Source: Gemmatimonadales bacterium
Lineage (GTDB): Bacteria; Gemmatimonadota; Gemmatimonadetes; Gemmatimonadales; GWC2-71-9
NCBI GenBank assembly: GCA_041577295.1
Contig: JBFGJG010000002.1
Span: 96,001 to 160,000, forward strand
Direction: 5' to 3'
DNA length: 64,000 nucleotides
Notes under the pieces: generated by a model
The model's database searches: none
What the model was told of the DNA's origin: nothing
The model's input: only the letters and a program-made list of their open reading frames with translations
Program-made: the position numbers and the translations under genes
In this document: in pieces, positions 39,242 to 48,545 of the stretch
Position numbering within the stretch: the stretch's first letter is position 1
Layout of the letters: the number at the start of each line of letters is the position of its first letter

Positions 39242-40063
39242 CTAGAGCTTTTCTCGAACCGCCCACAGATCGTGAAATACCGGACGAAAGAGCGATTGCT
39301 TGAGGAAATCGACTCCCACCGATCCACCAGTCCCCCGCTTGTGGCCGATGGCGCGCTCGGCAAGCTTCACGTGCCGGTAGCGCCACTCTTGCATACCCTC
39401 ATCTAGATCCGTCATGAGCTCGAACAGAATCGCCACGTCTGGCCGCTCCCGATAGAGCCGCAGGACCCCGTCCTGGACCTGCACATTGGGCTCTGCTGAG
39501 AGCGTGGGGTCCTTTTGCTTGAGCTGCTCAGGAATCACCACACCCTGATGTTCCAGAAAGTCGTAGAAGTGATCAACGATCGAGCGGTCTCGCAACCGCT
39601 TTTCGAGCTTCTTGCGTTCCGATGTACCTGGAGCAAACGTCTCGATCATCTTGCTACGCTTGAACCCCATTACAAACTCCAACTCCCTGAACTGACATGA
39701 CTGGAATCCGGACGCGGTCTCTAGCCGGTCGCGAAACGCGGTGAACGACATGGGTGTCATCGTCTCGAGAATATCGAGCTGACCTACCAGGGTTTTCATG
39801 ACCGTGCGGATGCGTTTGAAGGTCGCGATCGCACCGAAGAGATCGTTACTACTGAGGTCCCGTTTCACCTTGTCGATCTCGTGCAGGACCAGTTTGAACC
39901 AGAGCTCATACACTTGATGAATCACAATGAACAACAACTCATCGTGTTCGGGGGGATCCGAACGAACGTCCTGTAGATCGAGCAGCTTGTGCAGCTTGAG
40001 GTATTCCGTGTACGTCAGATCCATCCTATTGATCTCCGAGTTTCGCGTCGCCTCAACACCCAT
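39242..40063 (-). CDS. kynA: Tryptophan 2,3-dioxygenase
   Basis: YTEYL, HDELLFIVIHQVYELWFK, ASGFQS and WRYRH...GTGGS motifs. Alternative start at 40024. Confidence 0.95.
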   Translation of the reverse strand: MGVEATRNSEINRMDLTYTEYLKLHKLLDLQDVRSDPPEHDELLFIVIHQVYELWFKLVLHEIDKVKRDLSSNDLFGAIATFKRIRTVMKTLVGQLDILETMTPMSFTAFRDRLETASGFQSCQFRELEFVMGFKRSKMIETFAPGTSERKKLEKRLRDRSIVDHFYDFLEHQGVVIPEQLKQKDPTLSAEPNVQVQDGVLRLYRERPDVAILFELMTDLDEGMQEWRYRHVKLAERAIGHKRGTGGSVGVDFLKQSLFRPVFHDLWAVREKL

Positions 40064-40064
40064 T

Positions 40065-41396
40065 TCAGCCGACCAACCACCACATCCCCACTCCGGCGAG
40101 CGCCAAAAGGACGATCGTGATCCCTACGACGGTGCGCCACTGAAGCCGGTTGCGCCGAACGGCATCGGCATAAGGTGTCAGCGTGAACGTTACCATCGAA
40201 TACAGCGGTACGAACCATCGCGGGAACGCCCGATGCAACACTTTCTCCAGCTTCTTCTTGGCGAGAAACGTACGGGAGGCCACTCTGTCTCGCATCTCGA
40301 GGAAGTTTTCCACGGCCAGATCCGCCAGGGCGTCTGCATGCAACTTTCTGAGATCCTGATAGGCAGCGAACGCCTGCCCCCAGTCCGGGGCGTGCACCCT
40401 CAAGCAACGATCGAGGATCACGCAATCCTCGAAGGCGGCATTGGCACCCTGCCCGTAGAACGGAACGACCGCGTGGCAAGCATCTCCAACGAGCACGAGC
40501 CGATCCCGATAATGCCACGGAGCGCAACGGATGGTCACGAGAGAGCTCGTGGGATTGCCAAAGTAATCCTCAACGAGCGTTGGCATGAGGGGGACGGCGT
40601 CGGCGAACACCTTTTCGAAGAATCGTTCCACGCGTTGTGCTGAATCGAGTGCGGCAAAGCTGTTCGGACCCTCGAACGGCCAGAACAACGTGCAGGTGAA
40701 GGAACCATCGTGGTTGGGGAGCGCGATCATCATGAAGCCCCCACGAGGCCAGATATGCAGCGCGTTGGGCTCGAGCGCGAACACTCCTTTTTCGAGCGGA
40801 GGGATCTCGAGCTCTTTATAGCCGTGCTCGAGGTACGCCTGTTCGTAATTGAACCGGTCGAGCCGTAACATCTGACGACGGGTCATCGAATACGCTCCGT
40901 CGGCACCGACAATCACGCCACCGTCCGTCGTAAACCCCTGGCCGGTTTCTGTATTCTCGAGAGTGATCGTTCCCGAATCGAGGTCGAGGTCGACACACTT
41001 CGTAGAAAAGCACATCTCCACATTTGGGTGCGATGCTGCCGCTTCGATGAGGAGGAGATTGAGGCCGTTGCGAGACACGGAGTGGATCACCTCCGCTTCG
41101 TCCACGCCGTACGGCTGGAAGGTGAGCTGCCCGTGCTCGTCGTGCATCATGCGACCACGCATCGCGACGGCCATTTCCAACACGCGGTCGGCCAGATCGA
41201 CCTGCGAAAGTGCGTGAAGACCGCGAGTCGAGATGGCGAGGTTGATCGATCGCCCTCCTGCCAGTGGATCGATGCGAGGATCGGGACGTCTATCGAATAC
41301 CGTAACCCGATGTCCCTGGCGTCCGAGGTAGACAGCCATGAGTGCTCCGGCCAACCCGGCTCCCAGGACAGTGAAACGACCCGTCGGTGCGCTCAT
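40065..41396 (-). CDS. kmo: Kynurenine 3-monooxygenase
   Basis: GAGLAG, GRSINLA, HIWPR, GDACHAVVPFYGQG and PLYSMVTF motifs. Confidence 0.94.
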   Translation of the reverse strand: MSAPTGRFTVLGAGLAGALMAVYLGRQGHRVTVFDRRPDPRIDPLAGGRSINLAISTRGLHALSQVDLADRVLEMAVAMRGRMMHDEHGQLTFQPYGVDEAEVIHSVSRNGLNLLLIEAAASHPNVEMCFSTKCVDLDLDSGTITLENTETGQGFTTDGGVIVGADGAYSMTRRQMLRLDRFNYEQAYLEHGYKELEIPPLEKGVFALEPNALHIWPRGGFMMIALPNHDGSFTCTLFWPFEGPNSFAALDSAQRVERFFEKVFADAVPLMPTLVEDYFGNPTSSLVTIRCAPWHYRDRLVLVGDACHAVVPFYGQGANAAFEDCVILDRCLRVHAPDWGQAFAAYQDLRKLHADALADLAVENFLEMRDRVASRTFLAKKKLEKVLHRAFPRWFVPLYSMVTFTLTPYADAVRRNRLQWRTVVGITIVLLALAGVGMWWLVG

Positions 41397-42715
41397 CGAG
41401 ATTTTCCATGCATGACACGGGTCACGATGTCATTCAGGATCCCGCCGACCTGCCACACTTCGTGAAAGGTGTTGTACAGCGGAACCGGTGCAAGACGGAT
41501 GACATCGGGGTCGCGAAAATCGCCAACAACGCCATGCGCACTCAACTCGTCGAACATTGCGCGGCCATGTTGCGGCACGCGAATCGACAGCTGACACCCT
41601 CGTGCGTTCTGATCGCGCGGCGTGATGATCTCGAGATGGCGCGTACCGTTGTGGTCAATGAGGTACTCGAGGTATCCGGTCAGGCGAACGGATTTGCGGC
41701 GAAGGGCCGGGATCCCGGCTTCGGTGAAGATGTCGAGCGACGGACGGAGCCCCGCCATCGAGAGGATGGGAGGGTTGCTGATCTGCCAGCCGTCAGCGCC
41801 GACCTGCGGGACGAAGTCGACGTTGGACTGCATGCGAAACCGCGTCTCGGGATCGTTCCCCCACCAACCCGCAAACCTCGGCAGGGACGCGGTCCCGTAG
41901 CGCTCGTGAACGAAGGCGCCAGCCACCGAGCCGGGGCCGCCGTTGAGATACTTGTACGAGCACCAAACCGCGAAGTCCACATCCCACGCATGCAGGGCAA
42001 GCGGGACGTTGCCAACCGCATGGGCGAGGTCGTACCCAACCACGCACCCCGCCCGACGGGCCGCCCGCGTGATGCGATCCAGGTCAAAGAACTGACCGGT
42101 GTAGTAGTTGACGCCGCCGAGCATCACGAGCGCGATCTCACGTCCTCGCTTTGTGAGCAGCGACTCGAGGTCTTCCGTGCGGAGACAGTCCTCACCGTCT
42201 CGGGGGTGCACCTCCAGCAGCCCCTCGTTTGCGTCGTAGCCGTGCCACTGGAGTTGTGACTGGACCGCGTAGCGATCGGACGGGAAGGGACTGGCTTCAA
42301 TGAGGATTTTGTGCCGCTCCGCTGAGGGGCGGTAGAAAGACACCATCATGAGATGCAGATTGACCGTGAGCCCGTTCATTGCGACGACCTCGTGCGGCTC
42401 CGCGCCGACGAGCTGAGCGAGCGGCTCGCGCAGGACTTCGTGGTACGAGTACCAAGGTGTGCCGGCGTCGAAGTGTCCTTTGACCCCGAGCGTTTCCCAG
42501 TCCTGGATCTCACGGTTTACCACGTCCCGTACTGTCTTCGGCATCAACCCGAGCGAGTTGCCACACAAGTAAACCAATGGCTCACCACGGGCGTTTCTCG
42601 GCAGGGCAAATCGATCCCGGTAGCTGCGCAGTGGATCGGTCGCGTCGAGCTCGCGCGCGAACGCCTCCTCAGTTCGAAACGCGATGTCAGCCGACGACTT
42701 GCTCGCATACCTCAC
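41393..42715 (-). CDS. kynU: Kynureninase
   Basis: YLCGNSLG, DLAHAVGN, WCSYKYLNGGPG and APVPLYN motifs. Confidence 0.95.
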   Translation of the reverse strand: MRYASKSSADIAFRTEEAFARELDATDPLRSYRDRFALPRNARGEPLVYLCGNSLGLMPKTVRDVVNREIQDWETLGVKGHFDAGTPWYSYHEVLREPLAQLVGAEPHEVVAMNGLTVNLHLMMVSFYRPSAERHKILIEASPFPSDRYAVQSQLQWHGYDANEGLLEVHPRDGEDCLRTEDLESLLTKRGREIALVMLGGVNYYTGQFFDLDRITRAARRAGCVVGYDLAHAVGNVPLALHAWDVDFAVWCSYKYLNGGPGSVAGAFVHERYGTASLPRFAGWWGNDPETRFRMQSNVDFVPQVGADGWQISNPPILSMAGLRPSLDIFTEAGIPALRRKSVRLTGYLEYLIDHNGTRHLEIITPRDQNARGCQLSIRVPQHGRAMFDELSAHGVVGDFRDPDVIRLAPVPLYNTFHEVWQVGGILNDIVTRVMHGKSR

Positions 42716-43740
42716 GAGCCGAAGCCACCACGGTCAGGGAGGCCAAGAAACTCGAGCGCCGTGCCTCCCAACAGCCGTTCCTTCACATCCGGTGAGAAGT
42801 CGGGCATCGAGTCGATCAAGCGTCCTGGTACGTGCTCTCCCAGTGGAAACGGATAGTCCGACCCGAGGGCGACTCGCTCGGGTCCAAGCAGGTTGACGAG
42901 GTAACGCAGTGCATCGGCATCGTGCACCAGTGAATCGGTGTAAAACGAGCCGAGGAAGGACCGCGGATTCACCTCACAGTCCACCGCACAAAGGTCGGGG
43001 CGGACCTGAAACCCGTGCTCGATGCGTCCGATGGTACCGGGAAAGGATCCGCCACCGTGGGCAAAGGCGACTCGCAGGTTTGGCAAACGGCGCAGCACAC
43101 CGCCAAAGATCATGGAACAAATCGCGAGCGCGGTCTCCGCTGGCATCCCCACGAGCCACGGGAGCCAGTACTTGGGCATCCGATCCTTCCCCATCATGTC
43201 CCACGGGTGCACGAACACCGCCGCTCCAAGATCTGCCGCGCTCTCGAAGACCGGAAACAGCTCCGGCGCATTCAAGTTCCAATCGTTCACGTGACTTCCG
43301 ATCTCGACACCCGCCAGACCCAAATCATTGACGCATCGTTCCAGTTCGCGGATCGCGAGCGTCGGCTCCTGCAGCGGCAGCGTTCCGAGACCGACGAAGC
43401 GTTTGGGGTGTCGCTGCACGACGTCAGCGATATGGTCGTTCAGCAGCCTCGAGAGATCGTTGGCGTCGTGGGGTTTCGCCCAGTAGCTGAACATGACCGG
43501 CACCGTTGAGAGCACCTGGACGTCGACGCCATGCCTGTCACATTCCTCTAAGCGGCGCTCAGGTGACCAACAGTTGTCTTTAACTTCGCGAAAGCAGCGA
43601 TCATCGATCATCACGCGGGCGCGGCCCGGCTGATGATGGTCCAGACGCACAAACCCCCCATAGCCGTACCGTTCCCGCAGGTCAGGCCAGCGTTCCGGGA
43701 GGATGTGCGTATGAAGGTCGATCTTGAGCGGCGTGGACAC
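42712..43740 (-). CDS. nbaD: Aminocarboxymuconate-semialdehyde decarboxylase (ACMSD)
   Basis: IDLHTH, LSTVPVMFSYW, HPWDM, AHGGG and GSDYPFPLGE motifs. Confidence 0.92.
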   Translation of the reverse strand: MSTPLKIDLHTHILPERWPDLRERYGYGGFVRLDHHQPGRARVMIDDRCFREVKDNCWSPERRLEECDRHGVDVQVLSTVPVMFSYWAKPHDANDLSRLLNDHIADVVQRHPKRFVGLGTLPLQEPTLAIRELERCVNDLGLAGVEIGSHVNDWNLNAPELFPVFESAADLGAAVFVHPWDMMGKDRMPKYWLPWLVGMPAETALAICSMIFGGVLRRLPNLRVAFAHGGGSFPGTIGRIEHGFQVRPDLCAVDCEVNPRSFLGSFYTDSLVHDADALRYLVNLLGPERVALGSDYPFPLGEHVPGRLIDSMPDFSPDVKERLLGGTALEFLGLPDRGGFGS

Positions 43741-43750
43741 CCGCGAGCGC

Positions 43751-44281
43751 TCAGCTCGCCTTTGCAGGGACCGGCACTTGCATGACCGTACCGCAGTGCT
43801 TGCAGGTTCTCAGCTTCTCGTCGCTGTAAAAATTCTCGATGACCGGCTTGAGTTGCGTACCGAGATCGACCAACTCAAACGACGCGTCATAGAGCAGCTT
43901 GTCGCACTTCTCACAATACCACTGGAGATGATCTCGCTCGCCTGATCGACGCCGACGCTCCACCACTAAGCCGACCGTGTTGGCCGGGCGCTGAGGCGAA
44001 TGCGGTATTCCGGCCGGCAACAAGAAGATGTCGCCCTCTTTGATCTTGATGTCGCGCTTCTTTCCATCCTCGATCACGCGAACGGTAATCTCACCCTCGA
44101 GCTGATAGAAGAGCTCCTCTCCGTCTTCCACGTGAAAGTCTTTTCGTTGGTTCGGGCCGCCGACCACCATGACCAAAAAGTCGCTGTCTTGCCAAACCAT
44201 CTTGTTGCCCACCGGTGGCTTGAGAAACTCCCGGTGGTCTTCGACCCACTGCCGCAGATTCAGAGCCGTGCGCTGTGTCAT
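43751..44281 (-). CDS. nbaC: 3-hydroxyanthranilate 3,4-dioxygenase
   Basis: LKPPVGNK, GGPNQRKDFH, PHSPQR and the rubredoxin-like CEKC/CKHC pairs. Confidence 0.95.
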   Translation of the reverse strand: MTQRTALNLRQWVEDHREFLKPPVGNKMVWQDSDFLVMVVGGPNQRKDFHVEDGEELFYQLEGEITVRVIEDGKKRDIKIKEGDIFLLPAGIPHSPQRPANTVGLVVERRRRSGERDHLQWYCEKCDKLLYDASFELVDLGTQLKPVIENFYSDEKLRTCKHCGTVMQVPVPAKAS

Positions 44282-44523
44282 TGCAACCCCCGCCGTAGTT
44301 TTCGCGATTCTTTAGAATCGATCGACTCGTTGTTTACTATCGTTCGGGTGAAGCAGCAAAGCAAGCCAAGAGGGCTGGGGAGCGCTGGTGGGATCGTGGC
44401 GAGTGTGGGCCGTGAGGATTTACGTGCGGCAGAGGTGTTGGGCGGGGGCTATGGACGCACCACACCGTCAGCCCTCAGGAGGGAGTGTGCTAAGGCGCGC
44501 TAAGGGCTGACGGACTGGTACGG

Positions 44524-44742
44524 TTATGCGGTGGCCCTGCCAGTTCCCCGGCAGTAGACGCAGCTGCTGGCGGCCGTCGAGTCAAAGCCAAAAGGCCCGC
44601 CAGACCCCCGCCCGCCGCAGAACGGACAGGGTTCGCTGCGATGGGCCCGCAGCTCTGCTAGCTCTCGCCCCAGATCCACCCGCTTGCGATCCTCGAGACA
44701 AGGACCGTCATGATCTGAGTAGCAGCGATCACACCACGCCAT
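44524..44742 (-). CDS. Small Cys-rich protein with DnaJ-type zinc-finger repeats
   Basis: 72 aa with CDRC...H...C, CPFCGGRG and CVYCRGTG. Perfect AGGAGG RBS. Confidence 0.6.
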   Translation of the reverse strand: MAWCDRCYSDHDGPCLEDRKRVDLGRELAELRAHRSEPCPFCGGRGSGGPFGFDSTAASSCVYCRGTGRATA

Positions 44743-45115
44743 ACGGACCTCCTGTGCGGAGCGAAACCACCCTCCTTGCATCCGCGACTACCACGTCTGC
44801 AGTCGGATACGGGCAATTTCCGGGCCTGATTACCGAAGGTCGAACGAGTGGGGCGACGGCTTTGCGCCGCGTGTCTCCTGGATCCTTTCACGTTGCTCCC
44901 CGGCGACATATGGAGACCGGTTACCACGCCGACGCTTGGGAGTTGATCGCGGGGGCGGTAGCTTTTCCACCAATTGTTGCGTCGGAGATTGGAGATGCGC
45001 TGCGCCTCACCGTGCTCGTGCGAGCCACCGTGACGCTGACCGTGGCAGCTGCCCCGCACTCATCGGTCACGATTCGCGAGTGGGCCGTTTCGGGGGAAGA
45101 CTCGCGCTCGATACC

Positions 45116-45703
45116 ATGACTCACGAGGGCATCCGATCCGGCATCCTCTGCTGCGCGCTGCTCATTTCGTGGGCGGCAGCAAAGGGCACCGCGCCCGGAT
45201 ATCGAGACGGTCCTCCCCTCGCCCACACCGGCGGGTTTGGCGAGCCCACCTGCCTCGAGTGTCACTTCGACCTCCCGGTGAACGATCCCGCAACCCGCCT
45301 CCTCGTCACCGGCGTTCCCGACGCCTACGAATCGGGACAACGCTATCCGATCAGGCTCACGCTGCACCGGGCGATGCTTGGCCGCGGCGGATTTCAGCTC
45401 GCCGTCCGCTACAGCGAGCCCGCCGGGCTGGCCGGAAAGCAAGCCGGCACGCTCCGTTCCTCGAACGCGGACGTTCAGGTGCTACCGGATTCTGGCACTG
45501 GCGTGTCATACGCGCAGCACACGGAGATTGGCACGCGACCAACCAATGACACGGTCTCCTGGGCCGTGGAGTGGGTGGCGCCAACGGGACCATCACGAGG
45601 CAGGGTCGTGTTTCATTTGACGGCCAACGCCGCCAACGACGACGCCTCGGAGTTTGGCGATTACATCCTAGTCCGGCGTCTGTTCTCAGCTCGCCGGGAC
45701 TGA
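45116..45703 (+). CDS. Exported Reeler-like ('choice-of-anchor V') domain protein with CxxCH
   Basis: Signal peptide, TGGFGEPTCLECH, GGFQL and W-x-x-EW-x-AP...NAAN motifs. Confidence 0.65.
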   Translation: MTHEGIRSGILCCALLISWAAAKGTAPGYRDGPPLAHTGGFGEPTCLECHFDLPVNDPATRLLVTGVPDAYESGQRYPIRLTLHRAMLGRGGFQLAVRYSEPAGLAGKQAGTLRSSNADVQVLPDSGTGVSYAQHTEIGTRPTNDTVSWAVEWVAPTGPSRGRVVFHLTANAANDDASEFGDYILVRRLFSARRD

Positions 45704-45724
45704 CCGCGGCGCATCCTCGACCTG

Positions 45725-45937
45725 TTACCGATGTCCTTCCACCGTGAATGAGATCTTGGCATTCACGCGATACTGCTCGATCTTGTCCCCGTTGACCGTG
45801 CACGAAAAGTTGTCGATCCAAACGGACTTGATGCCTTTGACGGTCTTGGCTGCCTCTTTGACCGCATTCTGCGTTGCGTCGTCAAAGCTCTTATTGGACT
45901 GAGCGATGACCTCGATGACCTTCACAATGCTGCCCAT
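45725..45937 (-). CDS. Dodecin family protein
   Basis: 70 aa: KVIEVIAQS-x-KSFDDA...YRVNAKISF. Confidence 0.9.
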   Translation of the reverse strand: MGSIVKVIEVIAQSNKSFDDATQNAVKEAAKTVKGIKSVWIDNFSCTVNGDKIEQYRVNAKISFTVEGHR

Positions 45938-46027
45938 GCCCTGGACCTCCCGGAGTAGCGGTGTGTGTGAACCGTGAATCTCGGGACTCCCGCGTGAAGC
46001 CCGGCTGATCCACGGTTATGATTGCCT

Positions 46028-48535
46028 TCAGGAAGTTTCACGTGGGTCTGGTGTGCGCAACCTCCCCCAAATCATCCCACTGAACAGTTCTGCGAATCCC
46101 CACGTGACCACGATGCTGACACCGACCCAGAGCCAGGACGTCATTGTGAGCGGTACCGCGTCGAACGCCTGCATCAGCCAGGGCACGGCGAGCACGAGCA
46201 CCTGTACCGCGAAGCCTGCAGCGACAGCGAGATGCACGAGCATATTGGGTGACGGACGAAGGTCCGTGTGCCGGGCCGGATACGCAAAGAGCAACTGTCC
46301 GGCGGCCAGAAACAGAAAGGTTGCGGTACGGGTCGCATCGAGCGATTCCCGGAGAAGGATGGGGAACAATCCCAGGATCGCGAACGCCGTCAGCGCTTTG
46401 ACGACGCCCGACAGCAATATGAATCGCAACGAGGGAAGGTCGAGTAGTGGGGATTCCGGGTCCCGTGGGCGGCGTTGCATCACTCCGGGGTTACGATCGA
46501 TGCCCAGGGCGAGCGCGGGGGCGCCATCGGTTACGAGGTTGATCCACAGCAGCTGTGCGGCGGTGAGCGGGAGTAGCAGATTACCGCTCGGGTCTCGCAA
46601 ATCCAACAGAAACGACGCAAAGGCGCCGATCGTCACCACCAGGACCTCGGACAGATTGGTCGAGAAGAGGAATCTGATGAACTTCTGAATGTTCTCGTAG
46701 ATGCTGCGACCCTCCTCGATCGCCGATACGATCGTGGCGAAGTTGTCATCCAACAGCACGAGGTCAGCGACTTCCCGGGTCACATCGCTGCCACGTAGGC
46801 CCATTGCCACGCCGACATCGGACCGCTTGAGTGCGGGAGCGTCGTTGACGCCATCACCGGTCATCGCCACGATGGCGCCGTTCGATTTCAGCGCTTCGAC
46901 AATTCGGAGTTTGTGATCGGGACCAACCCGCGCGAACACTTGCGCGGTATGAATGGCCCGATCGAACTCTGCGGCCGTCATGCTTTCCATTTCGGCCCCG
47001 GTGATAACGGACGCGCTCTCGAGGCCAACCGTGCGTGCGACCGTCCGCGCCGTCTGCGGGTGATCACCCGTCACCATGAGCACACGGATCCCGGCCTCCT
47101 GGGCGCGACGCACGGCATCCGGCACCTCTGCCCTCGGTGGGTCCCACAAGAGGACCACGCCCAACCAGCGGAGGCCGGCTTCCGTCTCACCATCTCCCCA
47201 CGCCAAGGCGAGCAGACGGTATCCCTCTGCCGCCGAGGTCTCGATGGTCTTGGTCCAGGTGGCACGTTCCTCAGCCGAAAGCTCGCATCGCGCGAGGATA
47301 ATCTCGGGGGCACCCTTCAGATAGCTCACCGTCTGGCCACGCTCGATGCCCGTGACGCGCATGAACTTCCATGACGAATCGAACGGGCGCGCAGAAACCC
47401 GCGTGAAGCTCGCCCGTACCGCCCGCGGATCACCATGATGAGTTTGCGCGTGCCGGAGCAGTGCCACATCCAGAGGATCCCCAGCACCCGTGTCCAGCTC
47501 TGCTTCGTTTGCCAGAGCGAGAGCGCGCCGCATCCGATCGGGATCGGGTGAATCCACGCGGCGGACGTCGAGTCGATTCTCGGTCAGGGTCCCGGTCTTG
47601 TCCGTCGCGATGACGGTCACGGAGCCTAGCGCCTCCACGGCGGCTAAGCGGCGAACCACCGCCTTGCGACGCGCCATTCGTTCGACTCCGAGGGCCAGGG
47701 TTACCGTGAGCACAGCCGGAAGTCCCTCGGGAACTGCAGCAACGGCGAGCGCGACCGCAAAGAGGAGGACGTGGCCAGCTCTCGACACGCCCTCAACGAA
47801 GACTCCGCCCACTGCGATCAAAAGCGCGAGCGCGACGATCCACCGTGCAACCCGGTGCCCGAACGATTCCAAACGTCGCTCCAAGGGCGTGCGTTCGGTG
47901 GGCACTTCGCCCAACATCGTCGCGAGTCGTCCCATCGCACTCTGCGTACCGGTGCGGGAAACCTCCAGGTACGCCTTCCCTCGTACGACGAGCGTCCCCG
48001 AAAAGACCTCGTCGCCCACGATCTTTTCCAACGGGAGGGACTCACCGGTGAGGATTGATTCATCGACTGAGAGATTATCGGCTGTCTGCGCCGCCGCGTC
48101 TGCCGGCACGCGATCGCCCGCCTCGACCCGGATCACGTCCCCCGGCGCGAGCTCAATGCTCGGCAAGCGCACCAGCCGCCCGTCTCGGATCGTCCAGACT
48201 TGCGGTGCGGCGAGTTGCTTGAGTTTCTCCAGAGCACTTTCGGCTTTGCGTTCCTGCCAAACGCCGAGGGCGGCGTTGAGAAGCAGGATCATTCCAATCG
48301 CTGCGGCTTCCAGGGGGGTGCCCGGGCGCCCTGCCGTGAACCAGACGGCAAGGTCCACGATGAGCGCGAATAACAGGATGTAGATGAGCGGACTCTTGAA
48401 CTGGTGGGCAAACCGTCGCCACAGAGGATCCGGCGCCGATTCGGGGAGGGCGTTCGGGCCGAACTCTTGCAACCGTCGGGAAGCTTCGGCGGAGGACAGG
48501 CCCCTCTGTGGCCCCACCACGCCCGGAACGGTCAT
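46028..48535 (-). CDS. P-type IIA cation-transporting ATPase (CtpF/Ca2+-ATPase-like)
   Basis: TGES, PEGL, DKTGT, KGAPE, TGD and GDGVND motifs. Confidence 0.94.
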   Translation of the reverse strand: MTVPGVVGPQRGLSSAEASRRLQEFGPNALPESAPDPLWRRFAHQFKSPLIYILLFALIVDLAVWFTAGRPGTPLEAAAIGMILLLNAALGVWQERKAESALEKLKQLAAPQVWTIRDGRLVRLPSIELAPGDVIRVEAGDRVPADAAAQTADNLSVDESILTGESLPLEKIVGDEVFSGTLVVRGKAYLEVSRTGTQSAMGRLATMLGEVPTERTPLERRLESFGHRVARWIVALALLIAVGGVFVEGVSRAGHVLLFAVALAVAAVPEGLPAVLTVTLALGVERMARRKAVVRRLAAVEALGSVTVIATDKTGTLTENRLDVRRVDSPDPDRMRRALALANEAELDTGAGDPLDVALLRHAQTHHGDPRAVRASFTRVSARPFDSSWKFMRVTGIERGQTVSYLKGAPEIILARCELSAEERATWTKTIETSAAEGYRLLALAWGDGETEAGLRWLGVVLLWDPPRAEVPDAVRRAQEAGIRVLMVTGDHPQTARTVARTVGLESASVITGAEMESMTAAEFDRAIHTAQVFARVGPDHKLRIVEALKSNGAIVAMTGDGVNDAPALKRSDVGVAMGLRGSDVTREVADLVLLDDNFATIVSAIEEGRSIYENIQKFIRFLFSTNLSEVLVVTIGAFASFLLDLRDPSGNLLLPLTAAQLLWINLVTDGAPALALGIDRNPGVMQRRPRDPESPLLDLPSLRFILLSGVVKALTAFAILGLFPILLRESLDATRTATFLFLAAGQLLFAYPARHTDLRPSPNMLVHLAVAAGFAVQVLVLAVPWLMQAFDAVPLTMTSWLWVGVSIVVTWGFAELFSGMIWGRLRTPDPRETS

Positions 48536-48545
48536 GCTCGCGGCT

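Noticed and set aside
44910..45119. 69-codon ORF whose stop overlaps the Reeler-like gene start (ATGA)
   Set aside because: No RBS and no recognisable motif; the overlap alone is insufficient.
45967..45998. GTGAA (TTCAC) copies upstream of dodecin as part of the repeat regulon
   Set aside because: Spacings are 7 and 20 nt, off the 11-bp register.
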